From Oscillospiraceae bacterium (lineage in GTDB: Bacteria > Bacillota > Clostridia > Oscillospirales > CAG-272), in contig SVTO01000007.1 in the NCBI GenBank assembly GCA_015063745.1, positions 111 through 64,110 on the forward strand: 64,000 bases of DNA, written 5' to 3'. Shown piece after piece: positions 56,825 through 64,000 of this stretch; position 1 is the first letter of the stretch, and every line of letters begins with the position of its first letter. Position numbers and translations under genes: made by a program. Below the pieces are notes generated by a model. The model made no database searches. It saw only the letters and a list, made by a program, of their open reading frames with translations, and was not told the DNA's origin.

Positions 56825-58096
56825 TTATTTCGAAAGCATAATTTTGATAATCTCCGAGTCCGTCTTGCGCATACCGTCCACAGCCAGACGGCTGACATTG
56901 CGGATCGTGTTTTCCACACCCTTGCTGACAATGCCGTCCCCGTCATAGAACTGACTGCCTTCACGGAACATCTGCATACCCAGAATCCCCGCTTCCACAG
57001 CAGAGGCGATCTTGGCAGCACAGCTTGCTTTTGCACCGTCGCAGATCACACCGGAATTGATGGCCAGCGCATTGACGATCGTGTGTGCGATTTCCCGGAA
57101 CTTGCCGCCGTACAGATAAGTGATCCCGGCCGCCGCACCGCATCCTGCGCTTATGACACCGCAGTAGGCACTGAGGGGACCGATTCCGCTTTTCAGATGC
57201 AGCGTCACAAGATTGGATACCGCCAGCGCCCGGTAGAGCATATCCTCGGATACACCAAGCTCCTTTGCGTAAATCACAACGGGAACGGAAGCCGTGATCC
57301 CCTGATTGCCGGAGCCGGAATTGATCACAACCGGCTTTTCGCATCCGCCCATACGGGCATCGGAAGCAGCGGCGGCATAGGCTTTGGCCCGGGTGATGAC
57401 ATCGTTTTCTCTGGTGTTCAGAATCACCTGACCGATACGTGCACCGTAGTTCCCGCGCAGACCTTCTTCCGCAATCGCCATATTGCAGGAGATCTGCCGG
57501 TCAAAAATACGCTTGACATCGGCTGTATTCAGCGTGTCGGCAAATTCCGCGATCTGTTCCACGGAGAGAAGCGCTTTTTCTTCCGCATTGTCGGGCACAT
57601 CGGTTTCCGTATTGCGGCTGTAAACGGTTTCACCGTCATGCCGGATGCAGACAATATTGGTGTGATCCCCGGCGATACGGCATACCGCTTCATGACCACC
57701 GGCGGAGAGGGTGATGAAAATATCGAAAAGCGCACCGGAATCGGATTCCCGCACGGAAAATTCCGCTTTCTGCAGATAGTCGGCGATCTGTCCGCGCTGC
57801 TGTTCGGAGACCTTGCTGATCACCAGCAACTCTTCCTCCGGTTCACCGGCAATGATCCCGGCCGCCGCAGCCGCAGCCAGACCGTAAAGTCCGCCCGTAT
57901 TGGGTACGATCACGCTTTTTACATTTTTGATGATATTGGCGCTGACGCAGATATCCACTTTTTCGGGAAGTACACCCAGCTCCTTTGCCGCAGTAGCAGC
58001 CGCATAGGCAACAGCAATCGGTTCGGTGCATCCCATAGCCGGAACCAGTTCCCGTTCCAGCAGACGTACATAGGTGTTATATATGTTTTTTTCCAT
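56825..58096 (-). CDS. cdsB: L-cysteine desulfidase-like (YhaM/CdsB, serine dehydratase alpha family)
   Basis: PAMGCTEP, SDARMGG, NSGSGNQG, LSAYCG, ICDGAKASCAAK. Confidence 0.8.
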   Translation of the reverse strand: MEKNIYNTYVRLLERELVPAMGCTEPIAVAYAAATAAKELGVLPEKVDICVSANIIKNVKSVIVPNTGGLYGLAAAAAAGIIAGEPEEELLVISKVSEQQRGQIADYLQKAEFSVRESDSGALFDIFITLSAGGHEAVCRIAGDHTNIVCIRHDGETVYSRNTETDVPDNAEEKALLSVEQIAEFADTLNTADVKRIFDRQISCNMAIAEEGLRGNYGARIGQVILNTRENDVITRAKAYAAAASDARMGGCEKPVVINSGSGNQGITASVPVVIYAKELGVSEDMLYRALAVSNLVTLHLKSGIGPLSAYCGVISAGCGAAAGITYLYGGKFREIAHTIVNALAINSGVICDGAKASCAAKIASAVEAGILGMQMFREGSQFYDGDGIVSKGVENTIRNVSRLAVDGMRKTDSEIIKIMLSK

Positions 58097-58271
58097 AAAT
58101 ATACCTCGTGCGGTTCATTTGACATTATTATAACAGAGAATAGCGAATTTTGCAATATGGAAAAAGCCTCCCGGATAAAAGCGGGTTCAGGAACTGTTTT
58201 ATATTGCGTTTGTCTTTTTTTTATATATAACTTAACCGAAAAAAACAACATTCCATCCAAGGAGGTACATC

Positions 58272-58325
58272 ATGAAAAACGGTACGGTATGTATTTTTCA
58301 ACCTGTGATGTACCGTTTTGGGTGA
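58272..58325 (+). CDS. Candidate 17-aa small ORF
   Basis: Perfect SD AAGGAGGT then MKNGTVCIFQPVMYRFG*. Confidence 0.35.
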   Translation: MKNGTVCIFQPVMYRFG

Positions 58326-58374
58326 AAGCCCCGTCACGAAAGTATATTCTTCTGAAGAACCCCGTCCGATCGTA

Positions 58375-58403
58375 TTGACAAAAGCACGCTTGCCGGGTAT
58401 AAT
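58375..58403 (+). promoter_or_regulatory. Consensus sigma-A promoter of pepF
   Basis: TTGACA-N17-TATAAT. Confidence 0.85.
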
Positions 58404-58442
58404 TAAACTAACCATAAAATCCACGAAAGAAAAGGTAACGAT

Positions 58443-60233
58443 ATGACACACGTAAGAAACGAAATTCCCGCTAAGTATAAGTGGGATCTGACCGGTATCT
58501 ACAGCACCGAGGCTGAATTTGAAGCCGATTACGAACGGGCAAAGGCATATATTGCTGATTTTCCCCGTCACCGTGACACAATGACCAAGTCCGCAAAAGG
58601 GCTGTACGAAGCCCTGCAGGCAAGCATCGATCTGGATCGCGTGATCACAAAGCTGTATGAATTTGCATTCCTTTCTTCCGATCTGGACAAGTCGGATAAC
58701 AAATATCTGGCTCTCAGCGACCGGATCATGAACCTGGCAAACGAAGCCAATTCCGCATCCTTCTTCCTTTCTCCCATGCTGGTGAAGATCAAGGACAAAA
58801 CGCTGGATACCTGGTATGCGGAAGTGCCCGCCCTGGAAGAATTCCGCCGTACCATCGACCTGAGCCGCCGCTACCGCAAATACACCCTGTCCGACGATAA
58901 GGAACAGCTTCTGGCGGATATCGGCATCTGCCTCGGCACCAACGCCAAGGTAGAAGGCATTTTCTCCAATGCAGACCTGCCCTTCGGCAAGATCCGCGAC
59001 GAGGAAGGCAAGCTGGTTGAACTGACCGATTCCACCTATGTGCTGCGTCTGACCAGCAAGGACAGACGGGTACGCCGCGCCGCATTCAAGAAGCTGTACG
59101 AAACCTACAAGCAGTTCGGCAACACCTTTGCGGCTCTGCTCGGCAATACCGTCAAGGAAAGAACCACTCTGGCCAAGATCAGAGGATTCGGCTCCAGCAT
59201 CGAGGCGTCCACCTTCAACGATGAAGTAACACCCGTGATCTACAATAATCTGATCGACACTGTCAACCGTAATATGCAGGTGATTTACAGCTATTTCAAC
59301 CTGAAGAAAGAAGTCCTCGGCCTGCCTGCGCTGCATATGTACGACCTTTACACACCCCTCATTCCCGACTGTACCAAGGAATACAGCTTCGATGAGGCTG
59401 TGGACACGGTGATCGATACCGTAAGAATTCTGGGAGACGAATATGCGGATACGCTGGAAGACGGTATCAAGAACAAGAGCTGGGTGGACGTATATCCCAC
59501 CAAGGGTAAGCGCGGCGGTGCATACAGTGCAGGCTGCTATGATACCCAGCCCTATATCCTGCTGAACTACAACGAAAAAATCGATGATGTATCCACCCTT
59601 GCCCACGAAGCGGGTCACTCCATGCATTCCTACTATTCCTGCAAGAACAATACCCCGCAGGATTCGAACTACACGATTTTCGTAGCGGAGGTTGCCTCCA
59701 CCGTCAACGAACTGCTCTTCTGCCATAAGAAGCTCCGCGAATCGAACAGCCGTGAAGAAAAGCTGTCCATTCTGAACCAGCTGATGGAAACCTACAAGGG
59801 AACGCTCTACCGTCAGACTATGTTTGCGGAATTTGAACGTGACATTCACGCCATGACCGAATCCGGCGCAACACTCACGCAGGAGCTGCTGTGCAATACC
59901 TATTACAACATTGTAAAGAAGTATTTCGGCACCAGCGTGGTATGTGACAAGGAGATCTCCATGGAATGGATGAGAATTCCCCATTTCTACCGTTCCTTCT
60001 ATGTGTACAAGTATGCTACCTGCATTTCCGCGGCATCTGCCATCGTGCGCAGAATCGAGAATGAAGGAGAAGCCTACATCGGCAAGTATCTCGAATTCCT
60101 TTCCTGCGGCGGCAGAATCAGCCCGCTGGACAGCCTGAAGGTTGCGGGCATCGATATGTCCGACCCGTCGGTTGTGGACGCGGCCATCACAGACTTCGCA
60201 GAAGCCATCGCGATGTTCAGAGAACTGTATTGA
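58443..60233 (+). CDS. pepF: Oligoendopeptidase F (M3B)
   Basis: YKWDL, GKRGGAYS, LAHEAGHSMHS, FVAEVAST, RQTMFAEFE, RIPHFY..FYVYKYAT. Confidence 0.96.
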   Translation: MTHVRNEIPAKYKWDLTGIYSTEAEFEADYERAKAYIADFPRHRDTMTKSAKGLYEALQASIDLDRVITKLYEFAFLSSDLDKSDNKYLALSDRIMNLANEANSASFFLSPMLVKIKDKTLDTWYAEVPALEEFRRTIDLSRRYRKYTLSDDKEQLLADIGICLGTNAKVEGIFSNADLPFGKIRDEEGKLVELTDSTYVLRLTSKDRRVRRAAFKKLYETYKQFGNTFAALLGNTVKERTTLAKIRGFGSSIEASTFNDEVTPVIYNNLIDTVNRNMQVIYSYFNLKKEVLGLPALHMYDLYTPLIPDCTKEYSFDEAVDTVIDTVRILGDEYADTLEDGIKNKSWVDVYPTKGKRGGAYSAGCYDTQPYILLNYNEKIDDVSTLAHEAGHSMHSYYSCKNNTPQDSNYTIFVAEVASTVNELLFCHKKLRESNSREEKLSILNQLMETYKGTLYRQTMFAEFERDIHAMTESGATLTQELLCNTYYNIVKKYFGTSVVCDKEISMEWMRIPHFYRSFYVYKYATCISAASAIVRRIENEGEAYIGKYLEFLSCGGRISPLDSLKVAGIDMSDPSVVDAAITDFAEAIAMFRELY

Positions 60234-60339
60234 GAAAAACGAACATCATAAGCGAGGTGTCCTGAAAGGATGTATACAAATTGCGGCAGAGGAAACACCC
60301 CCTCTGCCGATTTGTATACTAAAAGAATGGGTAAATATT

Positions 60340-60876
60340 GTGGACGAACTGAAAAAGCGAAAGATCACTCGTTTGGCGGGCGCAGATTACAATCGGAACG
60401 GCGCGGTTTTCCTAACGATCTGCACAAAAGAAAGACGCTGTATTCTCTCCCGCATTGTAGGGACCGGCGTCCCCGACGGTTCGAAAACAGAATTAACAAA
60501 ATACGGCCAAATCGCCGACAAATATATCAATCAGCTGAATGATTTCTATGATAATCTTTCTGTAGAAAGTTATGTGATTATGCCAAACCATATCCATATT
60601 ATGTTATGGGTAAAAGGTGGGGAGAACGGACCGCAGGATTTGCCGGTTTCGGACGGACCGTCGAGGACGCCGGTCCCTACGGTGCAAAATTCTGTTCCGG
60701 CACGGTTTGTGTCAACATTTAAGAGGTTTTGCAATAAAGAATGTGGGACGAACATTTGGCAATACAGGTCTTACGACCATATGATTCGTAACCATGAGGA
60801 TTATGAAGAACATTTAAAGTATATCTGTGACAATCCAATAAGGTGGTACTATGATGCATTATATGCGGAAGAATAA
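60340..60876 (+). mobile_element. REP-associated tyrosine transposase (RAYT, Y1/HUH)
   Basis: RL...DY, FLTICT, YVIMPNHIH (HUH), WQYRSYDHMIR, YICDNP; start probably GTG 60340. Confidence 0.85.
60457..60680. repeat. Inverted pair of GTAG-type REP sequences inside the RAYT ORF
   Basis: GTAGGGACCGGCGTCCCCGACGGTTCG (60457-60483) matches the reverse complement of 60654-60680 at 25/27. Confidence 0.85.
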
Positions 60877-60988
60877 GGTAGAATTGTCCTGTTTATTCGT
60901 ATGATAAGAATGAAATTTGCGCTGTGAAGATGTGTGACAAATTATCATAATTTGATGATAAACTTTTTGATGCATTGCAGAAACAATA

Positions 60989-61024
60989 AAACCCCGACAG
61001 ACCTTCAAAAAATCTGTCGGGGTT
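60989..61024. terminator. Terminator between RAYT and the aldo-keto reductase
   Basis: AACCCCGACAGA...TCTGTCGGGGTT. Confidence 0.65.
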
Positions 61025-61109
61025 GATTGTTTATTACAGAATCTGTACCATACGAGAATATCCTTATGAGATATTATGTTTCTACAGCCCCATTTTATTT
61101 AAAACCGTT

Positions 61110-62117
61110 TTATTTCCCAAAAACATCCGCTGTCTTTTTCATCATTTCACGGATGGGCAGCTGATACGGACAGCGTTCTTCGCATACACCGCAGTCCACA
61201 CAGTCGGAAGCGGTTTTCTGCATGCCCGCATAACGGTTGGTAGCCCATTCCTTCAGATTGTAGCGGCTGTAGTATCCTTCCATCAGGAATACTGCCGGAA
61301 TGTTGATCCCGGCGGTGCAGGGCGCGCAGTAATTGCATCGGCGGCAGAAATTCGTGCCTAAAAATGACCGGATTTCCGAGATTTTTTCCTGCTCTGCGGC
61401 GCTGAGAGGGGAAGTGTCGGATGCACTGGCTATGTTCTGGGCGATCTCTTCCGTATCCGCCATACCGGGAATGACGACGGTGACGTGAGGATTGCTGATG
61501 ATAAAACGCATGGCTGCGGAAGCATCCTCAATGGCACCGCCCGCCATGGGCTTCATGCAGATAAAACCGATATTCTTTTCCGTACACCGGGCAATCAGTT
61601 CTTCTCCCTGTGTTTCCACAATGTTATACGGGAACATAATGGTCTCCACCCAGGGAAGCTCCAGTGCTTGCCGGAACAGATCCACGCTGTGCAGAGTGAT
61701 CCCGATATGACCGATCTTGCCATGGGCTTTGGCTTCCTGCAGTGCTTCCAGAGCACCGCCGGGGGCCATAACCTGTTCCAGATCCTTCGGGGCGGGGTTA
61801 TGTACCTGATACAAATCAATGTAATCGGTGCGGAGGTTCCGGAGACTTATGCCGATATCCTGCGCCATGGCCTCTTTGGTACGCGCCATACTCTTGGTGG
61901 CAAGAACAAAATGCTCTCTGATGCCTTCCAGCGCATAACCCAGATATTCTTCACTGACCGTATAGCCGCGGGCGGTATCGATGTAATTGACCCCTTCTTC
62001 CATCAGCTTCTGCATCAGGATCTTTGTACCCTCGGCATCTATTTTCTGAATGGGAATACCTCCAAAGCCCAGCCGGGCAATCTTCAGACCGGTTTTCCCC
62101 AATACTCTGTATTCCAT
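61110..62117 (-). CDS. Aldo/keto reductase with C-terminal 4Fe-4S dicluster
   Basis: LGKTGL, LGFGGIPI, IDTARGY, LRTDYIDLYQVH, CRRCNYCAPC, CVDCGVCEERCP. Confidence 0.9.
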   Translation of the reverse strand: MEYRVLGKTGLKIARLGFGGIPIQKIDAEGTKILMQKLMEEGVNYIDTARGYTVSEEYLGYALEGIREHFVLATKSMARTKEAMAQDIGISLRNLRTDYIDLYQVHNPAPKDLEQVMAPGGALEALQEAKAHGKIGHIGITLHSVDLFRQALELPWVETIMFPYNIVETQGEELIARCTEKNIGFICMKPMAGGAIEDASAAMRFIISNPHVTVVIPGMADTEEIAQNIASASDTSPLSAAEQEKISEIRSFLGTNFCRRCNYCAPCTAGINIPAVFLMEGYYSRYNLKEWATNRYAGMQKTASDCVDCGVCEERCPYQLPIREMMKKTADVFGK

Positions 62118-62255
62118 GATTTTCGCTCCTTGGTATCAGTTTTTATCTTCTGTATTTATTATGCCATAAACACACGTGATTTGCAAGTGCCTGACGGGAA
62201 TTTGAAAGGTACTGTCTTTGGACACTCGAAGATCCATTGATTTCAGCAAAGCTAT

Positions 62256-64000
62256 TTATTCGACAGATGTATTTGCTTCCAAGATCCAAATGATTTCGGA
62301 ACCGATGTACTTGATTTCCACCTGAATTCCTTCCGTCATAAGCTGTTCACCAGAAGCGGTGATGTTTTGCTCGGGACGGTCTTCAAACTGCAGGGAATAG
62401 GTAGTGTCGGGGTTCAAACCGCGGAGGACAACAGTATAGGTGTCAGATACGGTATCCGATGGTTTGAATAGGAAAACTGCTCCTTTGATATCGTTTTCGG
62501 TGTCCGGATCGGCATACATCATACCATCCCAGTTAGTGCCGTCCGGTCTGGGCAGAATATGGTAGAGTTCTGCGTTCTTTACAAGGTCACGCATAGTATC
62601 GCGATACAGTGCACCGTATTCTATATAATAATCGTCTTCAATTGTGCCTGTCCAGGAAGAGAACATCGGCACACCAAGCATCATGGTACGGTAACCCATA
62701 TCCATCATAGTATCGTGCAGATCAAATTCAGGGTCATCACATGTTACCGTGACCGGCATGAATGTATCTACCGTAGTATTGGAAAAGTCTGCGTTCAGAG
62801 CAAACTGCAGCTGTGCAGCAGGGAGGATGTAGCTTGAATCATAGAATACCGCGCGAGCACTTAAATAATTGGAATCGTCATTGAGCTGGAAAACAGCGCT
62901 TCGTCTGGCAGTGTAAAGATCTTTCATAGAACCGCCGGAAGAACAACATTCATAGCGGAATCCTTCCACGTTAGCGTAGAGGTGATCGAGCAGTTCGCTG
63001 AATCCTACAGTACACCAATACATAACATCCGTACCGTTGGCATCATGTCGATTTCTTTTGTCGGAAAAATAACAGATAGGCTGGAAGTCGGAACGCCAGG
63101 TTGTGATATTATTAGTAGAAAAGAATTCAGTCAACGCAGTTTGCAGATACGCTACGCATTCCTCATCCCCCAGGTCGGCACAAGCACCCATGTAATCGGT
63201 TACCTTTTGACTGGAAAACCATTCGGGGTGATCCACAGAGTTGAAAGGACCGTAAGCATTGGTGGGCTTGAAATTCTCATCCAAAGTGTCATGAAGAAGC
63301 AGGTATACAGTCCAAGCAACACCTCTTTCTTTGGCAAGAGCACCGAATTCAGCCAAAGTGGAAACATTGTATCCTTTCAACACATTCTTGTAAGCGTTAT
63401 GTCTCAATTCCCAAGAGCCTTCCAAAGGCTGTCCCTGACCGTCAAATCCTTTATAGGTCCACCAGCCGTAATCCCACTTGATGGCATCAACATTCAGGTT
63501 ATCCGCCTCCAGACCGCGCTGCATATCCATTTGGGTCAACGGCTCAGCCGGATTATCACTGATGTTGGAGATTACGCGTTCTGAATAGAACCAGGATTTT
63601 AGAAGGTTACTGCCGCTGTCCGTATCACCGTCATACGCCATGATGTATACTGAAGGCAGTACAAAAGCATCTCCTCCGTTGACTCGTGTGGTGAAAGTTT
63701 CCGTCTTATCTCCTACACAGTCCATGCTGACCAGGGAGGTAGTTTTTCCCTCCTTATCCTGCGTGGTAACAATTTTCCCGGAGGTCCATTCCAAAGCAAC
63801 AAAGAGGCCATTGGTATTGTTGTTGTTCAGATATACCGCAGGAAAATATCCGTTGGAATTGCTGTTCTGAAATACGGATGTCCAGGTTACATATGTTTTC
63901 CCGGACTGCAAATCCCGCTTATAAATTCCTTTTCCATTGTAGTTGAGAATTCCTTCTGCATGGTCACTTTCCTTATGAATACTCCAAAGCTCAAGAGGGC
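62256..64000 (-). CDS. Alpha-galactosidase-like (GH36/clan D) protein, 5' end outside window
   Basis: Frame is open to the window edge; KWDYGWW, DLG, WRSDF, ECCSSGG, LRGLNPDTTY, GEQLMTEGI. Confidence 0.7.
   Translation of the reverse strand, partial: PLELWSIHKESDHAEGILNYNGKGIYKRDLQSGKTYVTWTSVFQNSNSNGYFPAVYLNNNNTNGLFVALEWTSGKIVTTQDKEGKTTSLVSMDCVGDKTETFTTRVNGGDAFVLPSVYIMAYDGDTDSGSNLLKSWFYSERVISNISDNPAEPLTQMDMQRGLEADNLNVDAIKWDYGWWTYKGFDGQGQPLEGSWELRHNAYKNVLKGYNVSTLAEFGALAKERGVAWTVYLLLHDTLDENFKPTNAYGPFNSVDHPEWFSSQKVTDYMGACADLGDEECVAYLQTALTEFFSTNNITTWRSDFQPICYFSDKRNRHDANGTDVMYWCTVGFSELLDHLYANVEGFRYECCSSGGSMKDLYTARRSAVFQLNDDSNYLSARAVFYDSSYILPAAQLQFALNADFSNTTVDTFMPVTVTCDDPEFDLHDTMMDMGYRTMMLGVPMFSSWTGTIEDDYYIEYGALYRDTMRDLVKNAELYHILPRPDGTNWDGMMYADPDTENDIKGAVFLFKPSDTVSDTYTVVLRGLNPDTTYSLQFEDRPEQNITASGEQLMTEGIQVEIKYIGSEIIWILEANTSVE

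Noticed and set aside
1-64000. CRISPR array, tRNA/rRNA, prophage, integrase or anti-phage defence genes
   Set aside because: No regularly spaced repeats or recognisable signatures found by eye; a covariance-model scan would be needed to exclude small RNAs.

Overview
Chromosomal window from a Bacillota/Clostridia bacterium (GC roughly 50% by eye), probably a spore former because it has spoVM. 1-13.3 kb is the conserved housekeeping cluster gmk-rpoZ-priA-def-fmt-(Zn peptidase)-rsmB-rlmN-stp-pknB-rsgA-thiN-spoVM. Here rpoZ has a long acidic tail, coaBC and rpe are absent from their usual slots, and a decayed metallophosphoesterase lies between rpoZ and priA. The rest is mostly accessory metabolism and surface/regulatory genes: an enoate-reductase + split aconitase-X operon; pfkB-mtlD; a LytTR/DUF3021 pair; a BlaI/BlaR1 pair whose promoter-operator region is duplicated around a large two-repeat lipoprotein; an AraC-linked five-gene redox operon; a PMM-like HAD + GDPD; an opp operon with a hugely expanded OppD; two beta-helix proteins; two tandem transglutaminase-LRR-dockerin paralogs; a cysteine desulfidase; pepF; a RAYT transposase with internal REPs; an aldo-keto reductase; and a partial GH36-like gene. 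Several pseudogenes/remnants are visible. I saw no rRNA, tRNA, CRISPR array, prophage or reverse transcriptase. The best candidates for undescribed systems are the AcnX + enoate reductase operon and the OYE-SDR-flavoprotein operon. All family calls come from motif recognition by eye, not database searches.
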